63,521 nt of DNA, filler included, from Methanobacteriota archaeon (GCA_024860865.1; 10 parts of 10 records of this genome joined end to end with filler, not necessarily neighbours in it); one strand, 5' to 3'. Positions 50,479 to 61,113 are shown, numbered from the whole stretch's first letter. Notes: generated by a model not told the origin, from the letters alone. Made by a program: numbers and translations.

Positions 50479-50578
50479 NNNNNNNNNNNNNNNNNNNNNN
50501 NNNNNNNNNNNNNNNNNNNNNNTTAATTAATTAANNNNNNNNNNNNNNNNNNNNNNNNNNNNNNNNNNNNNNNNNNNN

Positions 50579-50993
50579 GAAACCAAAGGACCTAACGAAA
50601 GTAACAGTGCGGCTCAATACACTTATTGATGAGTTAACTAATAGTGACTATAAAAATATCAGGTTAGTCTTTGATTCTTATACAACTTTGATGTTAGTTT
50701 CTGGAATTTCTGAAATATCTGCTAGTGCTATAATGTTTGCTCGTAGTCTATTTGCAAAAATGTATGAGCTCAAGCGCGAGACAGCAATTCTTATAAGTAC
50801 ATGTGAAGTGCTTTCACATGAGATAGAAACGCTTTTTAATCATCATATTGATGGTGTAGTTGACTTAAGAGTTAAAGAAGTTGCTAGTAAGCTTCAAAGG
50901 ACTTTAAGAGTTCGAAAACTCATTGGCGTAATACATTCTACTGGGGAAGTTCCATATGAAGTCGTGGAAGCTGGAATTGTCATTAGAAGATGA
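50579..50993 (+). CDS. C-terminal part of a KaiC/RAD55-like RecA-fold ATPase
   Basis: RLVFDS, DGVVDL, RTLRVRKLIG..H. Confidence 0.75.
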
Positions 50994-51016
50994 GTCAATT
51001 TAAAATTGTGAAAGTT

Positions 51017-51211
51017 ATGTTTTATAAAAAAGAAATGATTGAGTTACATGAAATAATTTTGATGGTAGCAAAATATTTTCAGGCAAATCTCACTGCTTAC
51101 AAAGAGTTTTTGAAAATTAACTGCAATTCAGTCGAATTCACTCAGTTATCCTCAGCCAAACATAAATATGCTATCTTTTTGCTTATCAATGCCATTAAAC
51201 AATCAATCTGA
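51017..51211 (+). CDS. UPF0058-like small protein
   Basis: KKEMIELH...KHKYAIFLL. Confidence 0.55.
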   Translation: MFYKKEMIELHEIILMVAKYFQANLTAYKEFLKINCNSVEFTQLSSAKHKYAIFLLINAIKQSI

Positions 51212-51352
51212 ACTTACCAGAAATAAAGACAATACCTTTTAAAAACTATGATAGTGCTAAATATCCATTGGATATTTTAAATAAGGCACTATTAAGTTTT
51301 AGTTTTTTTAATTCTATGCTAGTCGGTTTTTCAATTTGTCTGCCTGAGTTGA

Positions 51353-51386
51353 TTGTCTGACATATGTCAGACAAAAATCTGACCAA
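51353..51386. promoter_or_regulatory. 22-bp perfect palindrome TTGTCTGACATATGTCAGACAA plus TCTGACCAA half-site
   Basis: Just before AATAAATA; a related half-site precedes the paralogue at 62077-62089. Confidence 0.7.
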
Positions 51387-51454
51387 CGAATAAATACAAT
51401 GTATTATAACTTTAATTAGAGAATCTTAAATCTATAATCTGCTAAGGTTAAACC

Positions 51455-51898
51455 ATGCCTGAATTGAGTTCAGCTATAATGAAAGGAGTTGTCCGAGATC
51501 TCAAACCCGACGTAGCTATTAATAAACAACAAGCTCATGCAGGCGAACAAGTTAATTTAAATAATGTGGAAGCTTTAGTTCTGACTAAAGACAACAATTT
51601 AGTTTTTGGGAATGTCTTGAAATTTGACCAAAATGCAAATGTTTGGTTAACTCAACCAAAGGCAGTTGATTCCTCTGGTTCTCAGCATCAGTTTACAGTT
51701 AAGTTAAATGGCAAAGATGTTGAAGTGAAAAGTGTTCTTTTCCATAATTCTTTTATAAAATCAATCTATGTTGTAAGCGGCCAAATTGAAACTGTTCCTT
51801 CAAATGGCAGTCCAACTTATGAAGTCATTAATGACTCAAGCAGGTCGGAAACTAAACAAACAAAGCCGACTCTAAAGAAATCATATGAAATTGAGTGA
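51455..51898 (+). CDS. Divergent Sm/LSm-fold protein
   Basis: VLTKDNNLVFGNVLKFDQNANVWL (Sm1-like); VLFHNSFIKSIY (Sm2-like). Confidence 0.6.
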   Translation: MPELSSAIMKGVVRDLKPDVAINKQQAHAGEQVNLNNVEALVLTKDNNLVFGNVLKFDQNANVWLTQPKAVDSSGSQHQFTVKLNGKDVEVKSVLFHNSFIKSIYVVSGQIETVPSNGSPTYEVINDSSRSETKQTKPTLKKSYEIE

Positions 51899-51904
51899 TA
51901 AAAA

Positions 51905-52504
51905 ATGGTTGAACCAATTTTCGCAACAATCGATGAATGTATAAATGAAGCAATTGATTGCTTCAGCAAAAAAGAATTAAGAGGATTTGTTTCTGCCTTT
52001 AAGAAAGCAGCTGAGGAACTTCATGGTTCTGAATCTTATCAATTTAGACCTTGGGATTATAATGCTCCTTTAGCTGAAAAAATCCGTGAGCTAGAAACTT
52101 TAATTGAAATTTTTGCATATAGTGCTAAAATAAAATATCATCATTATAAGTATCCTTGCTCTGGCAGAGAATGCAATCCAAAGTGGAGCCCAATATTGGC
52201 CTGCGATGGCTTCACTTCGTGTTACACAGCATATAATCTTCACCAAGATCACAAGTGCCTTTATTGCGCAGGTCATTTAGCTTACGATTCTCAAATAACC
52301 ATTAATGGAAAAGAATACAATTTGGATACTTGGTCCAACTATGGCTCTTGGGAGCCTTTTGAAATAGCATTTAAAGCTTTCTTAAAATTTTATGAGGACG
52401 TTCGAAAAGCCATGTTCGATGAAAACCTGATTGGGAAGAGTTCGCTCACTAAATTCGTCAATTTGTTGCAAAAGATCGACAGCAGTTTAAAAACTACCCA
52501 ATAA
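51905..52504 (+). CDS. Hypothetical Cys/His-rich protein
   Basis: CSGREC, CDGFTSC, HKCLYC; coupled to the Sm-like gene. Confidence 0.65.
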   Translation: MVEPIFATIDECINEAIDCFSKKELRGFVSAFKKAAEELHGSESYQFRPWDYNAPLAEKIRELETLIEIFAYSAKIKYHHYKYPCSGRECNPKWSPILACDGFTSCYTAYNLHQDHKCLYCAGHLAYDSQITINGKEYNLDTWSNYGSWEPFEIAFKAFLKFYEDVRKAMFDENLIGKSSLTKFVNLLQKIDSSLKTTQ

Positions 52505-52790
52505 AGCACTAAATTAATTTATTCTAATCTTAACTTTTAGTTGTTTTAATCTAGAAAGCAATTTTTTGATTATTTTACTTGCTTTTAGAATACAATAGCT
52601 AAAATTATTTCACACTAAGTAACCTTTATTACTTGAATCTTAAATCTTAAGGCTGACTTTAACTTTTTTCAACTACCATCCCTCCAAGGATTTCTTTTAT
52701 CTTTTTCTTAAAACCATACGTCCACTTCAGTTCTGCTGTGAATTCGCTGGATGAATGTACCGCTCAGGCAATCCAGCATAAACTTATTTA

Positions 52791-52823
52791 AGTAGTTGTC
52801 ACTACTAAGTAGTGGGTACTACT
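52791..52823. promoter_or_regulatory. Two tandem AGTAGT-N4-ACTACT palindromes between TATA box and start codon
   Basis: 52791-52806 and 52808-52823; ATG at 52824. Confidence 0.7.
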
Positions 52824-53924
52824 ATGTACTTCGACGAAGAACCGAAGCACAGTCTGGAAGATTTCTACGATAGGGAGGGGGAACTGAAAGAATTCCTCGA
52901 TTCCATTCGCGCTGGCAGAAAGCTCATTTTGGCCATAGGCTTAAGACGGAGCGGAAAAACCTCGCTTTTGAACGTGGGATTGGCGCTTGCGAACCTACCT
53001 TACCTTATTGTGGATGTGAGGGAACTGGCTAAGTTCCCCAGGGCCACTCATTCAGATTTGCTTAGAATTCTCGAGCGAGCTATTCGCAGGATGGTCGAAA
53101 GGCATAGGGTAATGGATTTTCTCAAACGCGTGAAAGGTGTGAAGATTTATGGCTTTGAAATAGAGTTTGAGCGCGGGGAAAAGAAACCAGACTTAGGGGA
53201 GCTCTTCGAGGAACTGGATAGGTGGGCAGGGAAGAAGGGCAAGAAGGTGGTGGTGGCTTTTGATGAAGCACAACTTCTAGCAAGGGCAACTACTTGGAGA
53301 TTTCAGATGTTTTTGGCCCACGCATATGATTATTTAAGAAACACCATTTTCATACTCACAGGTTCAGAAGTGGGGTTACTCTACGATTTCTTAGGCGTCG
53401 ATGACCCTGAAGCTCCGCTCTATGGAAGGCATCGCGAGGAGGTAAAGCTTGATAGGTTCAGCGAGGAGAAATCAAGGGACTTTTTACTCAAGGGGTTCAA
53501 GCAAGCCAGAGTTAAAGCCTCTGCCGATGTCATAGACTACGCAGTGAAAAAGCTTGACGGAATAGTCGGTTGGCTCACCGCATTTGGAGGCAAGGCCTTG
53601 AAGATGGGGACCCGAAAAGAAGTTGTTGATGAGGTGCTGGAGGAGGAAAGCAAGCTATCGATCCAAGAACTGGAACATTTCCTTAACGTTAGAATGATCG
53701 CTAAGAAAAGATACATGGTCATGGTGAAGGGATTAGCGAAAGAACCTTTGGGTTGGGGGAATCTTAAATCGCTTGTTGAAAAGGAGTGTGGACCTATTTA
53801 CAACAAAAATTTCACTGAGCTTCTCCATAACTTAGTTAAAGCTGGCTTCGTCGAGCAGCGCGGTGAGCTTTATACCATCTCTGATCCGGTGCTCCTTTAT
53901 GCTCTGAAGGAAAAGAGGCGCTGA
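52824..53924 (+). CDS. Archaeal P-loop ATPase with C-terminal wHTH (COG1672-like)
   Basis: FYDREGE, GLRRSGKTS, FDEAQ, TGSEVGL, PLYGR, LDGIVGWL. Confidence 0.88.
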   Translation: MYFDEEPKHSLEDFYDREGELKEFLDSIRAGRKLILAIGLRRSGKTSLLNVGLALANLPYLIVDVRELAKFPRATHSDLLRILERAIRRMVERHRVMDFLKRVKGVKIYGFEIEFERGEKKPDLGELFEELDRWAGKKGKKVVVAFDEAQLLARATTWRFQMFLAHAYDYLRNTIFILTGSEVGLLYDFLGVDDPEAPLYGRHREEVKLDRFSEEKSRDFLLKGFKQARVKASADVIDYAVKKLDGIVGWLTAFGGKALKMGTRKEVVDEVLEEESKLSIQELEHFLNVRMIAKKRYMVMVKGLAKEPLGWGNLKSLVEKECGPIYNKNFTELLHNLVKAGFVEQRGELYTISDPVLLYALKEKRR

Positions 53925-54291
53925 ACTGGGCTGTCCTAGTAGTATCTTCGAAATGCACAAGAATGCCTTCTATTGACTGAGAAATGCTCAACTCTCAGTA
54001 GCTGGCTTATTAGGATTTATTTTCTAGGCAGTTGTTACAAGATTTTATAATCTAACTCAAAGAGGGTTTAGCCTTGTACTAATTAATTTTGTTAGCACTT
54101 CGACGAAAGAAATCAATACCTTGGTTTCGAGAAATTTCAAGAATCGGAAGCAGAAAATGTGTTGAATTCGATAGCATTGTAGCTTTTGGTTTTCAGCATA
54201 AGCACATCAATGGTAAACTAAACAATTTACTCAAAGTATTAGTTTAGTTAGTATTAGCAAAATTGTGAATAGCTAGATTATTCACTTAAAA

Positions 54292-56121
54292 CTATAATCG
54301 AATAGCATCCAAATTTCTGGGAACCCAAACTTCTGTTTTAATTCTGTTCTCTAGTGTTTGGCCAAACTCTAAGCTGGTTTCTTCCTCACCATGACACACT
54401 ATGATTTTCTTTGGAACAACTGATAAGCTCTGAACGAAGTTAAGTAGTTGCGGCCTGTCGGCATGTGCTGAGAATAGCAGCGGAGCTACTTTAATTTTGA
54501 GTTCAATTTCTTCACCAGTTGGAAGCTTAACGAATTTTTGGCCATCTAAAATTTCTCGACCAGTGGTACCTTCCACCTGATACCCAACTATAATTAAAGT
54601 ATTTTTCGGGTCATTGAGCTCTTTTAAATAGTCGATCACAGGACCGCCTGTCATCATTCCAGAAGTTGCAAGTATTATAGCGGGTTCTTCTCTTAAAAGG
54701 ACTTTTGCTCTGTGTTTTTTCTTGACTATGTGGAATAGTGGAGAATAAATTGGATTCTCATGCGTGTAATAAATCCTGCGCTGAAGGCTTTCTTTAAGAT
54801 ATTCTGGATAAGTTAAATAGATAGAATTTACTTCATTTATCATTCCATCAATAAAAACAGGAGTTTTTTCAAGTATACCTGAGCGCATATACTCTTGAAT
54901 TATAAGTAGCAATTCTTGAGATCTGCCCACTGCGAAAACTGGAATTAAAACTTTTCCTTTTTGTGAAATAGTTTTCTTAATAGTTTCAATTAATTCAGTT
55001 TCAAGTGTTTTCCTAGCTCGATGGATATCGATCTTTCGACCATAAGTACTTTCGATAACTAGTGTATCAGTGGTTAGGTTAGATTCAGCCCGCTCTAAAA
55101 ACCTTGTATTTAAAAAACAAAAATCTCCAGTGTAGAAAAATTTGCTCTGAGGAGTTTCTAAGTAAATAGAACTTGAGCCAATTACATGGCCAGAATTATA
55201 TAAAGTAACCTTGATATCTGGCGCAGCATTGATTTGCTCTTTGTATTGGATTGGAATTGTGTGGGCGATTAACTGATTGATGTGCTCTTCTTGATAAGGT
55301 GGAGAAAATCCTCTCTTTTGGAGAACTCTACGATTGTCGAGTTGAAGTAGAACCATTATGTCAAGAGTTGGGCGAGTGCAATAAACCGGGCCATCATAAC
55401 CAATTTTAAAGATGTATGGAACTGAACCTGAATGATCAATATGGGCATGAGAGATTATTATGGCATCAAGTTTTTTCACATCAAACTCTGGTGCATTAAG
55501 CTTTGGCAAAAGAGATTCGGGCTTGTCTGTTTCGATCCCACAATCTAGCAAAACTCTACTACTTGGAGTTTGAACAAATAAGCATGAACCTCCAACTTCT
55601 CTACAGCCACCAAGTGCTGTCAATCTCAGCCAAAATTCTTCTTCGGACTTTTTTCTAAATATCCGTTCAGCAATCTTTTCTAAAAAAGCCTTCCTTTCAT
55701 TTGAATATAAAATTCGGTTGACCATTTTTGTGATTTTAGAGGGAATTTCCAACCGTTCAGAGATATCAATGATCCAACCAGTTGCCCAAATTAACTGATT
55801 AATTATTTCTGATCTATTAGCCAAGAAAAATCCCTTTTTTAATTCAACTAAAGCTTCGCCTAGTTCATCATTTCTATAGATTTTATTGAGAGCATGCTCA
55901 GATATCTTTTCATAAATAATTTTTTCAAGTTCAAAAGGGGGAACTCTAATGGATGGATCTGATCGAACAACTGCTTTTCCATCTAATTTTATTGAAAGCT
56001 CCTTAAGTAACTCTGGAGTAAATACAACTGGCTTTTTTGTATAAAGAGCTATAAATGGGCCTTCATACTTTATTTTAGTAATTTTAAGTCGTCTTTGAAG
56101 TTCAGAATCAATTTGATGCAA
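54292..56121 (-). CDS. Beta-CASP ribonuclease, aCPSF1-like with eroded KH region
   Basis: GGCREVG, HAHIDH, GHVIGS, ESTYG, FSAHAD. Confidence 0.88.
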   Translation of the reverse strand: MHQIDSELQRRLKITKIKYEGPFIALYTKKPVVFTPELLKELSIKLDGKAVVRSDPSIRVPPFELEKIIYEKISEHALNKIYRNDELGEALVELKKGFFLANRSEIINQLIWATGWIIDISERLEIPSKITKMVNRILYSNERKAFLEKIAERIFRKKSEEEFWLRLTALGGCREVGGSCLFVQTPSSRVLLDCGIETDKPESLLPKLNAPEFDVKKLDAIIISHAHIDHSGSVPYIFKIGYDGPVYCTRPTLDIMVLLQLDNRRVLQKRGFSPPYQEEHINQLIAHTIPIQYKEQINAAPDIKVTLYNSGHVIGSSSIYLETPQSKFFYTGDFCFLNTRFLERAESNLTTDTLVIESTYGRKIDIHRARKTLETELIETIKKTISQKGKVLIPVFAVGRSQELLLIIQEYMRSGILEKTPVFIDGMINEVNSIYLTYPEYLKESLQRRIYYTHENPIYSPLFHIVKKKHRAKVLLREEPAIILATSGMMTGGPVIDYLKELNDPKNTLIIVGYQVEGTTGREILDGQKFVKLPTGEEIELKIKVAPLLFSAHADRPQLLNFVQSLSVVPKKIIVCHGEEETSLEFGQTLENRIKTEVWVPRNLDAIRL

Positions 56122-56252
56122 GTTTAAAACCTCGCTATTAGCTAAAGCTTAATTTTTTCATTCGTCAAAAAGTTCAGCTATTTCTATGTTGTAAAGTATA
56201 GATGTGGTGAATACAGAACCCATGTTACCCCGATTTAAGTTTTTTGTCTAAT

Positions 56253-56645
56253 TTACTCAAATATCCGTTTGATGAAATTAATGCTGTCGAAGTCGGTATC
56301 ATTTGAATAAATTTCAGTTATATTATGCACAAGCATAGCTGAAACTGTAACAGAATCATTAAAATCAATATGGTATTTATTGCTTATATTACTAGCTTGC
56401 CACATAAGTTCAAAATCCAGAGTAATGATTTCTAAATTTTTAATGCTACGAATTTTTTCCAAAATCGATTTAATATCTTTAATGCCCTCTTTTTCAAAGA
56501 ACCAAATTACTTCTGAAAGGGTGAGTGTTGTTATTAGAGCCGACTCTCTCGTATTGATCCTTGATAGAATTTTTTTAGATAATGACCCGAATTTGGGGTG
56601 GTCATTAATCATGTAAATAAAAATATTTGCATCTACGTATCTCAT
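56253..56645 (-). CDS. vapC: VapC PIN-domain toxin
   Basis: YVDANIFIY, FNDS, IYSNDTDFD. Confidence 0.9.
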   Translation of the reverse strand: MRYVDANIFIYMINDHPKFGSLSKKILSRINTRESALITTLTLSEVIWFFEKEGIKDIKSILEKIRSIKNLEIITLDFELMWQASNISNKYHIDFNDSVTVSAMLVHNITEIYSNDTDFDSINFIKRIFE

Positions 56646-56902
56646 TTAACAATTTCCTTCTTGCTTTGCTTTCTTATCCATTCTCGAGCTGCTTTTTTAG
56701 GATGTTCGATTTCCCTCCCTACTTTAATGCTACCATAAAGCGCGCTCACTGGGTCATCATATTTTCGCCTAGGAAGCAACGTCACTCGATTAGGGCTTTC
56801 TTTAATGAAAACTACCTCATCTCCTTCCTTAATCCCTAGAAATTCTCGGACTTCCTTCGGGATGGTAATTCTTCCCTTCTCTTTGACTTCAGCTGCCTCC
56901 AT
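56642..56902 (-). CDS. AbrB/MazE antitoxin
   Basis: KGRITIPKEVREFLGIKEGD. Confidence 0.92.
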   Translation of the reverse strand: MEAAEVKEKGRITIPKEVREFLGIKEGDEVVFIKESPNRVTLLPRRKYDDPVSALYGSIKVGREIEHPKKAAREWIRKQSKKEIVK

Positions 56903-56975
56903 AGGACCACATATTTTTAATAGTTAAACAAATATATAAAAGTTACACTTTTTTAAAAAGTGACACTATTTTTCT

Positions 56976-58280
56976 TTAGTAACACTTATGGCCAATTTTT
57001 TCCCATTTCTTTAAGCGCAGAACTTTACCAAGTGTGCTACCGCGTTTAATTTCCTCTCTAATTCTATTTTCTCTTTCTCTGACATCGATTGCACGATTTA
57101 CAATTTCAACAGCTCTTTCTTTTGGAATTACAACAACTCCATTATCATCTCCAAAAATTATATCACCTGGCCTTACTGTAACTCCACCGCACTTAATCTC
57201 AACATTAATTTCACCAAATCCTTTAGGCTCGCCAGCATGAGGTGAAACATATCTCGCAAAAACCGGAAACTTCATCTCTCGAATATCCTCGACATCTCGA
57301 ACTGCTCCATCAATTACAACTCCGCGAATCCCTCTTTTTATTGCACTTATAGTCGCTAATTCTCCCCAAACCGCAGCCCTGCTTTTTTCAGAGTCGATAA
57401 CTATAACATCTTTTTCCTTTGCTTGATCTATTGCTTCAACTGTTTTTGCCCAATCCCCACGCATAGTGAGAACTGTTAAGGCTTTTCCAACCATTTTAGT
57501 TGCCGGTATAATTTGTTTAATCCCTTTCAGAGTTCCTTTCCTGTGCATAGCATCAGAAACATTTGGAGTTGAAACAGTTAATAAAGCCTCAAAAATTTCT
57601 TCTTCAGAATATTTTTTAAACAATTTTGTTTTAACTGGTTTAAGCGTTTTTATGCTCTCTAAAATTTTTTTAGTTGCATCTTCTGCATTTTCAGCTTTTA
57701 TTATTGCTCCACCGACAATTACAATATTCGCTCCATTCTTAACTATCTCAGGTGCTGTTTCAGAGTTGATTCCACCAGCCGCAGCGATTGGAATGTTAAC
57801 ACTTTTTGAAATTCTTTGTAGCTCTTTAATCGGATCGATTCCAATCATTTGCTGATCAATTCCTACATGAGCACAAAGATAATCAGCGCCAAATTTTTCA
57901 ACTTCCTTTGCGCGCTTAGCAGGTTCTCTTAAGTTCATAAGGTCAACCATAATTTCAGAACCATATTTTTTTGCAGCTCTAATGGCCTCCTTTATTGTTT
58001 CATTAGTGGCAGCTCCAAGGATAATAATAACATCTGCACCAGCTTTAGCTGCCATTTCGACTTCGAATGCACCTGTATCCATGGTTTTCATATCAGCAAC
58101 CAGAGTGTGCTTTGGAAATGATCTTTTTAAGGCTCTAACTGCATTCAGTCCTTCACTTTTGATTAAGGGAGTCCCCGCCTCTAGCCACTGAGCTCCTCCT
58201 CTAATAGCTTCTTTTGCGACTCGAAGGACCCTAGGTAGGTCAATAAGATCCAACGCAACTTGAAGAATTGGCTCAGCCAT
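56976..58280 (-). CDS. hxlA: 3-hexulose-6-phosphate synthase fused to an RraA-like domain
   Basis: LQVALD, EAGTPLIK, ADMKTMDTG; SDAM, WGEL, DGAVRD. Confidence 0.88.
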   Translation of the reverse strand: MAEPILQVALDLIDLPRVLRVAKEAIRGGAQWLEAGTPLIKSEGLNAVRALKRSFPKHTLVADMKTMDTGAFEVEMAAKAGADVIIILGAATNETIKEAIRAAKKYGSEIMVDLMNLREPAKRAKEVEKFGADYLCAHVGIDQQMIGIDPIKELQRISKSVNIPIAAAGGINSETAPEIVKNGANIVIVGGAIIKAENAEDATKKILESIKTLKPVKTKLFKKYSEEEIFEALLTVSTPNVSDAMHRKGTLKGIKQIIPATKMVGKALTVLTMRGDWAKTVEAIDQAKEKDVIVIDSEKSRAAVWGELATISAIKRGIRGVVIDGAVRDVEDIREMKFPVFARYVSPHAGEPKGFGEINVEIKCGGVTVRPGDIIFGDDNGVVVIPKERAVEIVNRAIDVRERENRIREEIKRGSTLGKVLRLKKWEKIGHKCY

Positions 58281-58310
58281 TTTTGATCACGATTGATTTA
58301 ACATTTATTG

Positions 58311-58937
58311 CTATAAAAATGTGTATTTGAAAAGAAAGTAAATTCCAAGTCCAAACATTAAAAACCCGCATGTAAGGAGCAAGCTGCGATAAGCCCTGTT
58401 TCCAATAAAATGTTTTCCTCTTCCAATTGAGTAAGAAATAAAAGAATACCAACCTAAATCAGAAAACCAATGCCCTATTATAAATGAAATAGTTCCAAGC
58501 AAGCCAGCTATCTCAAAACTATATAATAAGTTTGCATTTCCAATGGTAACCCACCACAACGGGAAACTGGGATTGAACATGCTGAAAATAATTCCTCCAG
58601 CAATAAGACCATGGTGCTTAGATGACTTATCTATTAAGGATATCTTTTTTGCACCTGTGCGAAATAGGTCAAATGCAAGGAACAGCAAAGCAAATCCTCC
58701 GATAACTCCAACTATTTTTTGAAAGAGAGCTGTTTGTAAAAACAAAGCAAGTCCGCCAAATAGCAGCAAAATAACGCATATCTCACTTAGTATATGACCA
58801 AAAACTACCAGTGGTCCGACTTTAGCCCCTTTTTTTAGTGATGTAGAAATAGTAAATGTAAGAAGAGGGCCAGGGATCAATGCTCCAGAAAGCCCAATTG
58901 TAAAACCAAGAGCAAGCAAAACTAACAATGTAAGCAT
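58311..58937 (-). CDS. LysE-family translocator
   Basis: SGALIPGP, NPSFPLWW. Confidence 0.88.
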   Translation of the reverse strand: MLTLLVLLALGFTIGLSGALIPGPLLTFTISTSLKKGAKVGPLVVFGHILSEICVILLLFGGLALFLQTALFQKIVGVIGGFALLFLAFDLFRTGAKKISLIDKSSKHHGLIAGGIIFSMFNPSFPLWWVTIGNANLLYSFEIAGLLGTISFIIGHWFSDLGWYSFISYSIGRGKHFIGNRAYRSLLLTCGFLMFGLGIYFLFKYTFL

Positions 58938-59120
58938 TGAAAATTTTTCCTCAAATTAGGGCGATTGCTAAGGCTGAGCCTAGCATAATGATAGCAATAA
59001 TAATTGCAAAGATTGTACGCNNNNNNNNNNNNNNNNNNNNNNNNNNNNNNNNNNNNNNNNNNNNTTAATTAATTAANNNNNNNNNNNNNNNNNNNNNNNN
59101 NNNNNNNNNNNNNNNNNNNN

Positions 59121-60091
59121 AGAGCAACTCCTGCTGTCATTAAATCAGTGGCATACCGCTGTAGTCTATATGCTTGTCTTCTCATGATTCTTCCAAAATA
59201 TACATCAGCTTTTGAAAGCCTATCAAAGGCAGCAGCTAAATCTTCAGTTTTTCTGTACTCAAGTGGAATATTTTGATCAATCCAATTCAAAACATCCTTT
59301 GGATCTTCATCAAGATCCCAAAGCGCACTTCTCGCAAAATTGCATTCAAAGCTCTTGAAAATTCTGCTAAGCGAATCAAAAATTGTTATTTCTCGATTGC
59401 GAGTTCCTACTGCTTGTATATCGCTTAAAACTATTTGTGCTTTATCTTGGGCTAAAGCTTGAAAATCATTAATTGCTGCTCTTAAATCTCCTCCAGCTCG
59501 TTTTGCAATTTCTTCAATAGCATCATCGCTTACAATTAATTTTTCAGTTATAGAAATTTTTCGAAGAAGATTGGCAATTGATCTAACATTTACTTTTCTA
59601 AATTGAATCAATTTACATTTGGCTCTAAGCTCTTTAGGTAGTTGCCAAGGATCATTTGCAATTAATATTATTGGTTGAAGCGTTCCTTCAATGACTTTTT
59701 GAACTGCTTTTACTCCGCCTTTATCTGCTGCAGCATAGATATTATCAGCTTCATCCAGTATGATGACCTTGCGCCCTTTAGCCCCTTGAAAAAGAGTTCC
59801 AGAAACAGCAGCTGAGCCAGCAATCCTCTCAATTACATCATAAGTTCTTTGGTCGCTTGCATTGAGTTCGATTATTTCAAGCTCAAACTCATTGGCTAAA
59901 GCATAAGCTGAAGCAGTTTTGCCGCTGCCTGCTGGACCGTATAGGATAATTGCTTTTGGACTTGGCTTTCCTTTCAACCAGCCTATGATCCATGTCTTTA
60001 ATTCATTGATTGCTTGGCCTTGGCCAATTATTTCTTCTAACTTCTTTGGGCGAAACTTTTCGCTCCAATATTCAAATCTCATTTCACTCAC
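59121..60091 (-). CDS. rfcL: Replication factor C large subunit, 3' end missing
   Basis: WSEKFRP, GPAGSGKT, ELNASD, LDEAD, GDLRAAIND. Confidence 0.93.
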
Positions 60092-60806
60092 TTAACCTTT
60101 TAATTGCTTCTAAAGCAATCTTGATTTCAAGATCAATAGCTTTTCGAACTTTAGCATTATCGATCATGCGCTCTTTTGTGAGTAAATTTCCATTTGAAAC
60201 CAAAATTGCACCAGCTCTGAGTTTCCTGAGATAAGTGATTGTAAAAATTATAGAGCACTCCATTTCAAAACAAAGCGCATTTTGTTCGCTCCAAAAGGCC
60301 GCATCATCTAGTTCTTCCCTATAGAATGCATCACTCGTGCAAATTAAACCAAGATAGTGTTTTGCTTTTAATTTTTTAGCGGATTCAACTAGTGCATTTA
60401 GAATATCGAAATTTGGTGCTGGCGCAAAATTTTCTGTAACATATCTTTTTGTAGTCCCATCAAGTGGGATTGCCCCGGTAGGTATAATTAAATCTCCAAC
60501 TTTAATGTGCCTTTGAATTGCTCCACATGTCCCAACTCTAATGAATGTTTGTGCACCGAGATTTGCGAGCTCCTCAACTACAATTGCAGCTGAAGGGCAA
60601 CCCATGCCGGTAGTTGCTGCTGAAACTTTAATTCCGTTATATGAGCCTGTATAAACTAGTAAGCCTCTGTGGTCGTTTACGAGGTTAGCCCCCTCCAAAA
60701 ACTTCTCAGCTATTCTTCCCACTCTATTAGGGTCGCCAGCTAATAAGACATTTTGAGAAACTTGACCTAGTTTACACCTAATATGGAACTGAGACAAAAT
60801 AACCAC
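60084..60806 (-). CDS. Uridine/purine nucleoside phosphorylase
   Basis: GDPNR, GMGCPS, RVGTCG, SDAFY, EME. Confidence 0.9.
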   Translation of the reverse strand: MVILSQFHIRCKLGQVSQNVLLAGDPNRVGRIAEKFLEGANLVNDHRGLLVYTGSYNGIKVSAATTGMGCPSAAIVVEELANLGAQTFIRVGTCGAIQRHIKVGDLIIPTGAIPLDGTTKRYVTENFAPAPNFDILNALVESAKKLKAKHYLGLICTSDAFYREELDDAAFWSEQNALCFEMECSIIFTITYLRKLRAGAILVSNGNLLTKERMIDNAKVRKAIDLEIKIALEAIKRLSE

Positions 60807-60884
60807 GTTTAATCATATTTAAGTGAAGGTATAAATAATCAAATAGGATGTTATTAAGAGATGAATTTAAGCTGAGGAATTGGT

Positions 60885-61031
60885 ATGGACCGCCGTTGCC
60901 CATTTTTTAACCCCAAGGGATGTTTGAAAGCAAAGTTCCATATAAGGTGCATTGCTAACGACTGGCACACATGTGAAATTTTCACTGGTAAGAAGCAATG
61001 GCGCCAAATAAAAGAGGAACGAGGGGTTTGA
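60885..61031 (+). CDS. 48-aa four-cysteine protein (MDRRCPFFNPKGC...), absent from ORF track
   Basis: GAGGA RBS, ATG at 60885, TATAAATA upstream; C-x7-C-x8-C-x7-C. Confidence 0.6.
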   Translation: MDRRCPFFNPKGCLKAKFHIRCIANDWHTCEIFTGKKQWRQIKEERGV

Positions 61032-61113
61032 AGAAGTCATATTGTAATATGAACGCAATAAGCGCGAATCATTGATTTAACTAGATGAGATCATCTTTTT
61101 TTTTGGGATTTTT

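Noticed and set aside
58149-58159. 11-bp match (TCCTTCACTTT) to the putative omegaRNA guide flank at 4725-4735
   Set aside because: Too short and low-complexity to exceed chance; no supporting TAM.
3973-59120. Recurrent TTAATTAATTAA palindromes inside N runs, and ORFs ending XXX-LIN
   Set aside because: Artificial contig spacers; gene adjacency across them means nothing.
60867-61058. Minus-strand 63-aa ORF or possible SRP/other ncRNA
   Set aside because: No SRP or tRNA motifs; better explained by the plus-strand Cys-rich ORF.
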